64,000 bases of DNA, taken from contig CAYVLY010000001.1 of assembly GCA_964452565.1 (NCBI GenBank), forward strand, positions 291,009-355,008, in the 5' to 3' direction. Made by a program: the position numbers and the translations under genes. The notes beneath the pieces were generated by a model. That model did no database searches. It was given only the letters and a program-made list of their open reading frames with translations, and was not told where the DNA came from. The stretch's first letter is position 1, and every line of letters starts with the position of its first letter. This document shows, piece by piece, positions 50,018 through 57,973 of the stretch. Origin of the DNA: an uncultured Gammaproteobacteria bacterium (GTDB lineage: Bacteria; Patescibacteriota; Patescibacteriia; UBA9934).

Positions 50018-50161
50018 CTAGCTTTTGATGCCAAACAGCTCAGTGATGATGCCGACAGCCTCTACCTTGGCCCGTTCCAGGTCCCCATGCAGTGTATACT
50101 GCTCCCAGAAAAGCCGCATCAACAAGCAACGCAAGCACATATTTTCATGACCACAAGCCAT
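50018..50161 (-). CDS. 47-aa hypothetical peptide MACGHENMCLRC...
   Basis: Own TTGACA-17-TATTTT promoter (50207-50235), AAAGGA SD, downstream hairpin. Confidence 0.45.
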   Translation of the reverse strand: MACGHENMCLRCLLMRLFWEQYTLHGDLERAKVEAVGIITELFGIKS

Positions 50162-50261
50162 GTCTCTTTCCTTTCCCTGTGACAAGTAACACTAGAGGTG
50201 GCAATTAAAATAGCACCTATCCCCTTTCTTGTCAATTATCTGAGGTCTAAGTGCTTATCAA

Positions 50262-50391
50262 TCCGACCAAAGGCTTCGACTTTCCTCTTGTCATCCCTGG
50301 CTACGACCAGGGATCCATCGATTATCGAACTCTATAGTTGATGGATTCCCGCTTTTGCGGGAATGACAATAGATCAAAAACTTTGGTCAGA
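50262..50391. repeat. Array palindrome P1 with central REP insertion (50288-50369)
   Basis: tccgaccaaaggcttcga...tcaaaaactttggtcaga. Confidence 0.8.
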
Positions 50392-50467
50392 GCGGCGCGT
50401 TTTCCTTGCGCCGCACGTGACTATTCTCGCGCGGGAGGGAGAATAGTGTCGCTAGGCCTCTTGGGGC

Positions 50468-51652
50468 CTAGAAGAAGACTGTTGGTCCAACCATCTCATC
50501 GTGCGCGATCATATGGTAGTCAACGCCATCATCGGAAACCATGATCGAGTCTTCCGGAACCGTGACAGTCACTCGATCATCACCACTCGCAGCAGTCGCT
50601 CCAGTGCCGTCCACCGAGAACGTGACTCCGAGGATATCTTCGGCATCTACATTGATCGGCGCGTACGAAACGCCATCAAAGCTTGCGGTATGCGTACAGA
50701 TCGTTAGGATGCAAGTATCGCCGGGATAGCACGGGCCATAGCCATCCTCCATACATGCACCGCTTTCTACCGCTGCCTCACCAAGCAAGGCGCCGGAGTC
50801 GGTGTCGTACATGTACACAGAGCTCAGCCCTGCACACCATCCAGTGTCATCGTAGCTCCAGCAATCGACAAACACGGATGTGGGACTGATCTGGAGGTCA
50901 GAGCATTCATGCAGAGTGCTGAAGTTCGTATTGAGCGCATCGACGATTCCGGGAGTGGTTGAGGTATCGATCGTATACACATCGTCGACGACCAGCTCAT
51001 TGCTCATCTCGACCTCGGTCCCATCAGCCAATTCGACATCCCACCGGCAGGTGTTGTCCACATAGTTCATGAAGTCCGGGCTTTCACCGCCGTTGTTGGC
51101 CAGGATCACGACTCTGTCTGCAGTTGAGACGATATCGGATGGATCCAGGATGTCGAATGCGAATCCGACTTCGACACGGATGAACTCTGTGACGTCCTCA
51201 GAGATGTCGCACACCAGGTTGAGTGCTGTGGCGCGACGTCCAACGTTGAACCCACTATCAAGCAACAGGTGCTCATCAAGGATTATCTCAGTTGGCGGCT
51301 CGACAGTGCTGCCAGTCATGGCGTTGGACAGACGACAGCGCTGAACATACTGACTCAGATCAGTGAAGCCACGGTCGACTCCATCCATGCCGTAGTCGAT
51401 CAGTGCCGTTGGGCTCACGCTGAACACGTGGATGGGCCTTGGGTCTCCTGACCCAACCTCTGCTCCACGTTCTTCAACCTGCCGCAAGGTCAATGTACCG
51501 AAGTACACATTCTCCTGACCGGGCTGCACCTCTACCAATCCAGACCCCGGGCCCTCGAACTTGACCTTGAGGATCGAAGCATGCGAGCTGTGTGGCAAGA
51601 GATAGCCCATGAGGGCAACGATGAGAACAAACAGAATATTTGCGAAACGCAT
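50468..51652 (-). CDS. Secreted Cys-rich acidic hypothetical protein (cassette)
   Basis: Signal peptide SHA-S, GGAAGGA SD, 394 aa. Confidence 0.75.
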   Translation of the reverse strand: MRFANILFVLIVALMGYLLPHSSHASILKVKFEGPGSGLVEVQPGQENVYFGTLTLRQVEERGAEVGSGDPRPIHVFSVSPTALIDYGMDGVDRGFTDLSQYVQRCRLSNAMTGSTVEPPTEIILDEHLLLDSGFNVGRRATALNLVCDISEDVTEFIRVEVGFAFDILDPSDIVSTADRVVILANNGGESPDFMNYVDNTCRWDVELADGTEVEMSNELVVDDVYTIDTSTTPGIVDALNTNFSTLHECSDLQISPTSVFVDCWSYDDTGWCAGLSSVYMYDTDSGALLGEAAVESGACMEDGYGPCYPGDTCILTICTHTASFDGVSYAPINVDAEDILGVTFSVDGTGATAASGDDRVTVTVPEDSIMVSDDGVDYHMIAHDEMVGPTVFF

Positions 51653-51918
51653 AGCGTTTCCTTCCGGCCTTAGCGGCCTTGCATAGTACGGAATGCACTA
51701 CATCGGACGCGATGTCCGATCAAAGAGTTCGATGATAGTTGAAATGTCTAATCGTTCGGCCAAAGGCCTCACTTGTTGAAATTGTTGACGTTGCTTATCG
51801 CACCGTAAACATCTTCAACAACTTAAACAGTTTAAACATTCCTATCAAACACTTAAATCAGACCCCCTGCACTGGAGAGAGACCGGTGCAGGGATTCTGT
51901 AGTACTAGATAATTAGTA

Positions 51919-52055
51919 CGTCCAAAAGACTCGAAATTATTCAAATACTTTGGATGAACCCCCTGCCGACGAAATTCGGCAGGGGCCAGGACTTGGGTTT
52001 CACGGATTTGGAATCCGACCGAAGGGTTCAAGTTTGCTTAAACACTTTGGTCGGA
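51919..52055. repeat. Array palindromes P3 (51919-51956) and P4 (52014-52055) enclosing an ORF-less cassette
   Basis: Only hairpin cccctgccg/cggcagggg fused to leader ggggccagg..cggatttggaatcc lies between them. Confidence 0.75.
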
Positions 52056-52101
52056 CGATGCGCTCAGATGAACGCACCGTAGAACGGTGTGAGTAGTCGG
52101 C

Positions 52102-52293
52102 CTAGCCGTCTGCGAACACCAGGCACCTGTCCTTGGTGGCGTCGGGGTTGAGGTGCTTCCGCAGCGCGGGATCGAAGGCCACATTCTCGCAACCTTCCGG
52201 GATCTCGTACTCGCCCAGGCTGACACCGGTGCACCCCGTCGCGGAGAAGCATGCGATGAAGGCCAGGGCCAGGCTGATGATGGTCTTACGCAT
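52102..52293 (-). CDS. Small lipoprotein (cassette)
   Basis: Signal peptide with ATG-C lipobox, GGAG SD. Confidence 0.65.
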   Translation of the reverse strand: MRKTIISLALAFIACFSATGCTGVSLGEYEIPEGCENVAFDPALRKHLNPDATKDRCLVFADG

Positions 52294-52349
52294 GATGAAC
52301 TCCGTGGAGGCGCGGCAAAGCCGCTAGGGTTGAAGGTATCACTCTCGAA

Positions 52350-52389
52350 CCGACCGAAGGGTTCGAATTACTTCAAACACTTTGGTTGA
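52350..52389. repeat. Array palindrome P5
   Basis: ccgaccgaagggttcgaattacttcaaacactttggttga. Confidence 0.85.
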
Positions 52390-52454
52390 CCCCCTGCCGC
52401 GTATGTTGGCAGGGGCGCTCACGCGAGTCGCGTGGCGTCGTAGTAGTTGTGGGC

Positions 52455-52886
52455 CTACCAGCCCTGGAGCTGCTTGATCGTGAGAGCGGTTTCCTGTGCG
52501 CACACCAGATGAGGGTGCGTGATGAACGAAGCGGTACTCTGGTCCATGATCCTCATGAGCGCCGCCAGCAGATCGCACGGCCTGCCACCGAAGTGCAGAC
52601 CCACAGGACTCACGGCAGCCAGGAACATGCCCAGCAGCCACACCTCGCCGTCAGCGGTGCTGGCACTGTAGGTGATGGTCCAGGAACGTGGATCGTCCAG
52701 GTGTCTCACCACCCGGAGGCGTGATTCACCGGAACCTAGGTACGTCCTCCGGTCACTGGATCCTGACCAGGTGTCCCGCCCCATCAGCTCGCTGAGCCTG
52801 GCGATGTCTTTGGACAACACCACCGTGCTTATCTCGATCTGGCGGGCAAGGAATCCCCCGAAGAGCCTCTCAAAGATACCGAACAT
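52455..52886 (-). CDS. Hypothetical protein (cassette)
   Basis: Start ATG 52886 after GAGGAG SD; ORF-track extension runs through leader module. Confidence 0.65.
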   Translation of the reverse strand: MFGIFERLFGGFLARQIEISTVVLSKDIARLSELMGRDTWSGSSDRRTYLGSGESRLRVVRHLDDPRSWTITYSASTADGEVWLLGMFLAAVSPVGLHFGGRPCDLLAALMRIMDQSTASFITHPHLVCAQETALTIKQLQGW

Positions 52887-52942
52887 GGCATCTCCTCTCA
52901 CCTGGCTCTGGGGCCAGGGCTCTGGTTTCACGGATTTGGAAT

Positions 52943-52982
52943 CCGACCGAAGGGTTCGATATTCATCAAACGCTTTGGTCGG
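52943..52982. repeat. Array palindrome P6
   Basis: ccgaccgaagggttcgatattcatcaaacgctttggtcgg. Confidence 0.88.
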
Positions 52983-53020
52983 TCCCGCCCAGACATTATG
53001 CGGGAGACGAAGAAAAGGGA

Positions 53021-53134
53021 CTACAGGCCAAGCAATCTACAGATACACTCGACGATGACCAACCCAACCAGTATACCAAGGCCCAGGCAAACCAGATCTC
53101 TGTAGAAATTGGTACGGGTGCGACTATCAAACAA
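53021..53134 (-). CDS. Possible 37-aa membrane peptide (TTG start)
   Basis: FDSRTRTNFYRDLVCLGLGILVGLVIVECICRLLGL*, stop positioned like other cassette stops. Confidence 0.3.
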   Translation of the reverse strand: MFDSRTRTNFYRDLVCLGLGILVGLVIVECICRLLGL

Positions 53135-53197
53135 AGATACCTACTTCCACCTGGCGTCAACCAGGAGTTATGGGGTTTCAAGAATGGACACAGCGGC

Positions 53198-53374
53198 CTA
53201 CTTGGGCTTCCATTCTCCAGGACAGACACCCTGACGCTCGTACAAGGTGATTGCAGTGCTGCAGTACTCCGCCAACTCCTCCTTATTCATCATGATCGGA
53301 GGCTTGGGAAGGTACCACAACGCAAACACCGCCAGCGCCAACAGCGCACATCCAGCCAGCAGTTCTCTCGACAT
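53198..53374 (-). CDS. 58-aa membrane-anchored peptide (cassette)
   Basis: MSRELLAGCALLALAVFALWYLPKPP...GVCPGEWKPK*; missed by ORF track. Confidence 0.55.
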   Translation of the reverse strand: MSRELLAGCALLALAVFALWYLPKPPIMMNKEELAEYCSTAITLYERQGVCPGEWKPK

Positions 53375-53448
53375 TCCAACTCTCTTTCACCTAGTAAAAA
53401 CCGGGGTCAGAGGTGAGGGTTCGGATTTGCGATCCTATTTGACGCATA

Positions 53449-53488
53449 CCGACCAAAGGCTTCGAATTGTTTCAAAAACTTTGGTCAG
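53449..53488. repeat. Array palindrome P7
   Basis: ccgaccaaaggcttcgaattgtttcaaaaactttggtcag. Confidence 0.88.
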
Positions 53489-53541
53489 ACCCCCCGCCCA
53501 GACATTATGCGGGGGACGTAAGACGTAGGTGAGGCTTGTCG

Positions 53542-54012
53542 TCAATTCGACACTACCTCGAGGGTGGGATCTTCGGATTCGTGTTCTTCTCCATGGCGTG
53601 GCATGATCGCCATACCCAGGAGAATCCACGCGATCCACGGGAAGAGCCACTCGAACGGCCAGAGCACCCAATCCGCCAGGAACTGACGAAAAGGAGTCCG
53701 ACTCGGACAGCCCTGAGTGAACCACTCGATGGCGAAGAACCGAGGTTCCGTATCCCGATTCATCTTGCCCTGATAGTGAGAATCAGCCCATCCGCATTGC
53801 CACCACACACCACCACGATCACGTTCTAGGCGGCAGCTGGCGTAGCGGTCGTAACCAAGCATGAGCGAGGTTATGGTAGCTGCGTTCTTCTCGCCATCAC
53901 CATCGATGTCGAGGATAGTCCTATCCACACAGCCAACTGCACACGACCCAAGGGACAATCCAAGGGCGATGAAGAAAGCTACATTGAAGATGATTCCTCT
54001 GAGTCGCTCCAT
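53542..54012 (-). CDS. Membrane protein with DIDGDG Ca-binding-like loop (cassette)
   Basis: N- and C-terminal TMs; start ATG 54012 after AAGGAG. Confidence 0.65.
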   Translation of the reverse strand: MERLRGIIFNVAFFIALGLSLGSCAVGCVDRTILDIDGDGEKNAATITSLMLGYDRYASCRLERDRGGVWWQCGWADSHYQGKMNRDTEPRFFAIEWFTQGCPSRTPFRQFLADWVLWPFEWLFPWIAWILLGMAIMPRHGEEHESEDPTLEVVSN

Positions 54013-54066
54013 AGCAACTCCTTCCACCAGATTTCTCTGGGTTGAAGATTGGAGTTCGGATTGGAT

Positions 54067-54107
54067 CCGACCGGAGACTTTGAAATACTTTCAAAATCTT
54101 TGGTCAG
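54067..54107. repeat. Array palindrome P8
   Basis: ccgaccggagactttgaaatactttcaaaatctttggtcag. Confidence 0.85.
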
Positions 54108-54175
54108 ACCCCCCACCCGAAAACAATGTGGGGGTCAAAGACGTGGGTGAGGCTTGTCGTCAATTCGACACTACC

Positions 54176-54499
54176 TCAGGGGCTGGTGCTGGTCCTGCAC
54201 TGCATCGAATAGACGATGAAGGTGAACAGCGCTGATACCAAGACGCAGACCTGGCAGGTCCTGCCCAGGAAAGTCTCAAACGGCATCGTGCTTGGAACGT
54301 AGATCACGAGGCCAGGGTAGATGGCTACCACCAAGCACGTGAAGATGCCAAGTGCCATCACAGTAGTGTACATGGCGCAGAACATACACATCACGTTGCT
54401 GGTGAAGGACTTGCGTACGCCATCCACGAACAGCAAGCCTGTTCCGAGAAGGCAAAGCACGACGCCAACAAGGAACGATACGAAGTACACGAGATACAT
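54176..54499 (-). CDS. Three-TM small membrane protein (cassette)
   Basis: Start ATG 54499 (MYLVYFVSF...); ORF-track extension runs through P9. Confidence 0.6.
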   Translation of the reverse strand: MYLVYFVSFLVGVVLCLLGTGLLFVDGVRKSFTSNVMCMFCAMYTTVMALGIFTCLVVAIYPGLVIYVPSTMPFETFLGRTCQVCVLVSALFTFIVYSMQCRTSTSP

Positions 54500-54558
54500 C
54501 GGTATATCTTCCACCTGGCTGTAGCCAGGAGTTAAGGGTTCAAGCTCGGATTCATGAT

Positions 54559-54598
54559 CCGACCAAGAACCTCGAGAGAGTTCAAGATTCTTGGTCGG
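54559..54598. repeat. Array palindrome P9 (compensatory variant)
   Basis: ccgaccaagaacctcga-gagagt-tcaagattcttggtcgg. Confidence 0.85.
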
Positions 54599-54649
54599 CG
54601 GCGGCCTGTCGAGAGTATCGACTTCCGCCTTGTACGTACTCATACGTAG

Positions 54650-54757
54650 TCAACAGCCCTGCAGGAAAAGCAAGGGGAAAATCATGGCGACTATCACCAC
54701 GCCCATCATAATCAGTGCCCAGCTCACCTCATCCATTCCACTTTTTTGGGAGTCCAT
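54650..54757 (-). CDS. 35-aa single-TM peptide (cassette)
   Basis: AAAGGAG SD; MDSQKSGMDEVSWALIMMGVVIVAMIFPLLFLQGC*. Confidence 0.55.
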   Translation of the reverse strand: MDSQKSGMDEVSWALIMMGVVIVAMIFPLLFLQGC

Positions 54758-54828
54758 AGGACTCCTTTCCCCGGCTTATTGCCGGATGCGTCTCTAGGAC
54801 GCCTTCTGAATTGACTCTTTTACTATAA

Positions 54829-54869
54829 CCAACCGAAGGGTTCGATTATTCATCAAACACTTTGGTCGG
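54829..54869. repeat. Array palindrome P10
   Basis: ccaaccgaagggttcgattattcatcaaacactttggtcgg. Confidence 0.88.
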
Positions 54870-54915
54870 ACGATGCACCCGGGTGGTGCATCGTACGGGA
54901 CGAGGGGGTTGTTGG

Positions 54916-55362
54916 CTACCAGTGCATGAAGTCGTGGATGCTCTGGGCCCCTGTGCGAACGTGTGTGAACAGCTGCAGGAGATCGCCATTCTCACAGCGC
55001 ATCCAGCCCGAGATCAAGCTCCTGAGCCTGGACATACGCTGACTAGACATATTCGTGGGCTTGGTGTCTCCCAGGGCGTTGAGCAGCACGGGCAGCACGG
55101 GCGCTTCATATACAGTCGGCTGGCCCCACAGGAAGTACTCTAGCTTCCAGGTGCCATCGGGCTGCTGCTTGGCCTCGAGGAACTCGAATCCCTGCGGCCA
55201 CGCGAACCTGAGCGCCTCCTGGCCGTCTTCCTGCTCAGACTCGATGGTCATGCGGCGCTTGGCGCTCTCATGGGCTCGGGCCATGGCCTCAGCCGAGACG
55301 GTCGCCTCCACTTGAACTGACCGACTCTTCCGCTTCGCGCTTGGACGAGTAATCACACTCAT
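54916..55362 (-). CDS. Soluble hypothetical protein (cassette)
   Basis: 148 aa, same leader module as 52455-52886. Confidence 0.65.
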   Translation of the reverse strand: MSVITRPSAKRKSRSVQVEATVSAEAMARAHESAKRRMTIESEQEDGQEALRFAWPQGFEFLEAKQQPDGTWKLEYFLWGQPTVYEAPVLPVLLNALGDTKPTNMSSQRMSRLRSLISGWMRCENGDLLQLFTHVRTGAQSIHDFMHW

Positions 55363-55413
55363 CTCCTCTCACCTGGCTCTGGGGCCAGGACTCTGGTTGA
55401 ACGGATTTAGAAT

Positions 55414-55537
55414 CCGACCGAAGGGTTCAACTTTCTCTTGTCATCCCAGCCGTAGAGCCGGGATCCATCGTTTATCGAACTCGATAGTTGATGGATTCCT
55501 GCCTACGCAGGAATGACATATTAAACACTTTGGTCGG
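55414..55537. repeat. Array palindrome P11 with central REP insertion (55438-55518)
   Basis: ccgaccgaagggttcaa...ttaaacactttggtcgg. Confidence 0.82.
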
Positions 55538-55582
55538 ACGATGCACCCGGGTGGTGCATCGTACGGGAACGGGGAGTTGGGG

Positions 55583-55906
55583 CTACCGCTGGGCCTTGGC
55601 GTGGGCCTTGCGGTCGGCGCCCTGGCGCGGCTGCTGGCCGGACTTGCCGGGCTGGCGATCGGGGCTCTGGGCCTTGCGACCCTTGGGCTGGTTGCCCTGC
55701 CTCGGCGCCTGTGCCCTGGTCTTCGGCTCGGGCTTCTGCACCTCAACCTCCACCTCGACCCGGTCCGTGATGGACTCGGGCTCGGTGAGCTGGTCGACGA
55801 TGCCGTAGACCACGAGGCCGGTGATCGAGGTGATGCCGAGGCCGATGGCCAGCAGGATGCCAGCCACGATGGCTATGGCAGATGCGGTTCTCTGGTTCCT
55901 GGTCAT
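55583..55906 (-). CDS. Single-TM protein with basic disordered tail (cassette)
   Basis: AAAGGA SD; VEVEVEVQK shared with 57266-57727. Confidence 0.65.
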   Translation of the reverse strand: MTRNQRTASAIAIVAGILLAIGLGITSITGLVVYGIVDQLTEPESITDRVEVEVEVQKPEPKTRAQAPRQGNQPKGRKAQSPDRQPGKSGQQPRQGADRKAHAKAQR

Positions 55907-55935
55907 TTGAGTTCCTTTCTCTTGACCGGGTTGTA

Positions 55936-55978
55936 CTCGCTCGAGAATCTCGATACTGGATCAAGAGTCTTGAGCGAG
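55936..55978. repeat. Array palindrome P12 (sequence-diverged, structure-conserved)
   Basis: ctcgctcgagaatctcga-tactgga-tcaagagtcttgagcgag. Confidence 0.75.
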
Positions 55979-56043
55979 CGGCACATTCGATGCACCACAC
56001 GGAAGTTGGTTGTGAAGAAGGGACGGAGGAGGTTGATGTGGGG

Positions 56044-56823
56044 CTAGTCGATGAAGAACAAACGCTGACCCGGGGTGGGCAGGCCATCCACGGTGAGGCC
56101 ATCGAGGAGCTGGCCCTCTGCGGTCTCCCAGTGGAACTCGGCCGGCCAGCTGATGCTGGTGACCGTGTCGTCCTGGCAGTCCTCGGAGGTACAGGGGCTC
56201 GGAGCCGCCTCATAGGCCATGCGGAACCACTTGGTCTCACCGGCCACGAGCTCCACATCGATCTCGGCAACTGCCTGCTCGACGTCCAGGTTGGGACCGT
56301 AGCTGCAGTCCACCCACTCGGCCTCATCGTCGTCGATGGTGTAGAAGTCCCAGTTGGCTTCCAGCGTCATCCACTGGTCGTAGCCGTCCTGGTCCTCACC
56401 CATGTACTCGTAGAAGCCGAAGTAGAGGGAATCGCCCTGGTTGGAGCAGGAGTTCCAGTCCGTGTAGCCATAGTCCGTGGTGCCCATGCGGAACGGCACC
56501 TGGGTGAGGTAGGCATCCACGTTGGCAGTGAGGCTGAACTCGATGACCGGGACCCTGTGGCCCAGTGCGAAGTACTCGCCCTCGACCTCGATGTAGTCGA
56601 GCTCGATGCGAGGCGAGACCTCCTCTTCTTCGACACCCTCTGTCTCCTGGCTCTCCTCTTCACTGCTGCCGATGTCGTCGACGTCCTCGTCGTACTCGTA
56701 GACGTTGGCATCGTTGTCCTCGATCTGTTCTTCCTGGCTCTCGACTTCCGGGCACTCGCAGGGAGCGCCGCAGGCGATGGAGAGGAACAGGGGGGCGAGG
56801 ACGGAGGGGGTGGAAAAACGCAT
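56044..56823 (-). CDS. Acidic Cys-containing lipoprotein (cassette)
   Basis: Start ATG 56823 after AAGGAG; lipobox LSIA-C. Confidence 0.72.
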   Translation of the reverse strand: MRFSTPSVLAPLFLSIACGAPCECPEVESQEEQIEDNDANVYEYDEDVDDIGSSEEESQETEGVEEEEVSPRIELDYIEVEGEYFALGHRVPVIEFSLTANVDAYLTQVPFRMGTTDYGYTDWNSCSNQGDSLYFGFYEYMGEDQDGYDQWMTLEANWDFYTIDDDEAEWVDCSYGPNLDVEQAVAEIDVELVAGETKWFRMAYEAAPSPCTSEDCQDDTVTSISWPAEFHWETAEGQLLDGLTVDGLPTPGQRLFFID

Positions 56824-56887
56824 TACGCGCTCCTTCTTGCTTGGGAAATGCGGATGAGCCGCTTGGGAAAGGTAGTTTCTATCGTAT

Positions 56888-56927
56888 CCGACCGAAGGGT
56901 TCAAGTTTACTTAAACGCTTTGGTCGG
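56888..56927. repeat. Array palindrome P13
   Basis: ccgaccgaagggttcaagtttacttaaacgctttggtcgg. Confidence 0.88.
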
Positions 56928-56972
56928 GCGGCACATCAGAGACGTACCGCGTAGACGAAGGGGGTTGAAGGT

Positions 56973-57131
56973 TCACTGTACCCTCTCGAACCGGGTGGTC
57001 GAGTGGGTGATGTCGTTCACGACTGCATCGATCGCTGCACTTGCCCTGCTCACGCCCTTGAGGGCGCAGATCAGAAGCACCGCGATGAATGCAAGACGGA
57101 AAAATGGAACTTCGACGATATTTTCGAACAT
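56973..57131 (-). CDS. 52-aa single-TM peptide (cassette)
   Basis: GGAGAG SD; MFENIVEVPFFRLAFIAVLLICALKG...RFERVQ*. Confidence 0.55.
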   Translation of the reverse strand: MFENIVEVPFFRLAFIAVLLICALKGVSRASAAIDAVVNDITHSTTRFERVQ

Positions 57132-57166
57132 GGGACTCTCCGGTTGGTGGGTTGTTCTCTTCCCAG

Positions 57167-57212
57167 ACCTTTACAAAGTTCTTGAACTAATGTTCCAGGT
57201 CTTTGCTAAGGT
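57167..57212. repeat. Array palindrome P14 (diverged)
   Basis: acctttacaaagttcttgaac-taat-gttccaggtctttgctaaggt at the expected position. Confidence 0.6.
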
Positions 57213-57265
57213 GCGGCGCGTCGATCAGATCAACGCGCCGCAACGAGGATGAAGGGACGGTATCG

Positions 57266-57727
57266 CTACAGCCCCATCTCCTTCAGCTCCCGCTGGTACT
57301 CGCGGCACTGGCGACGCTGGGCCTTCTTCTCGAAGTCGCGACAGCTGAGCTGCGCGAGCTCCGTAGTCCAGGCGCTGAGCTCCTCCTCGAGGGTGGGTTC
57401 GGGCTGGGCCAGGGTCTCGGGGCCGATGCTGTCGGTGCGGTACACGCCGACGGCCTCGATCTCCTTGGCCAGCTGCGCATCCTTCCAGGCCTGCCAGGCC
57501 TGGATCTCGGCGGCCGTGGGGCCCTCCTCCTTCTGCACCTCGACCTCGACGGTCTCGGCGGGCAGGAAGTCGGAGAGGGTGGCCAGCGGGGCTTCGACCA
57601 GCTCGGGCGCTGCCTCGGCCTTGCCACCGTGCACCAGGTGCATGACACCCAGACCGGCGGTGAAGCCGATGGTGAGCAGGACGAGCAGGGCGGCGAGCAG
57701 GGCGGCGGCGATGGCGATATACTTCAT
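57266..57727 (-). CDS. Single-TM protein, first cassette
   Basis: GGAG SD, N-terminal TM, VEVEVQK, C-terminal Cys pair. Confidence 0.7.
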   Translation of the reverse strand: MKYIAIAAALLAALLVLLTIGFTAGLGVMHLVHGGKAEAAPELVEAPLATLSDFLPAETVEVEVQKEEGPTAAEIQAWQAWKDAQLAKEIEAVGVYRTDSIGPETLAQPEPTLEEELSAWTTELAQLSCRDFEKKAQRRQCREYQRELKEMGL

Positions 57728-57763
57728 GATGTACTCCAGGATTCTCGAATTGGGGTTGGGGAC

Positions 57764-57812
57764 TTGGTAGACGAGATCTGAACACTTTTTATATTCAGGT
57801 CTCGTCTACCAA
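57764..57812. repeat. Leader-proximal palindrome P15
   Basis: ttggtagacgagatctgaa...ttcaggtctcgtctaccaa. Confidence 0.65.
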
Positions 57813-57973
57813 ATGTAGCTTGTTAAAGAAAACCGGCTATCTTTCTTGATTTAAGAGAGATAACCGGTTTTCCACCACAGATCACCATATAACAGGATCA
57901 CTGTGATAATGCTTCTTAACCCAGAAGCTGGGGCTCTCTCTGATTGTGAAGTTCCTTGATCTTTACATGTAGT

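Larger units (their letters stand above)
50262..57812 (-). other. Gene-cassette-like array delimited by ~40-bp palindromic repeats
   Basis: Up to 15 palindromes (consensus CCGACCRAAGGGTTCGA-N6/7-TCAAACACTTTGGTCRG) separating co-oriented GC-rich ORFs. Confidence 0.85.

Noticed and set aside
55882-57252. 456-aa plus-strand ORF and other long overlapping ORFs in 52-57.8 kb
   Set aside because: Antisense shadows of GC-rich minus-strand genes; they run through palindromes and lack SDs
50262-57812. CRISPR array interpretation
   Set aside because: Spacers are tens to >1000 bp and gene-bearing, repeats are degenerate, and no cas operon is present; the nuclease at 46039 is a solo PD-(D/E)xK protein
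50262-57812. Classical integron (attC) or prophage
   Set aside because: No RYYYAAC/GTTRRRY boxes or extrahelical bases, no intI, and no phage structural or replication genes in the window
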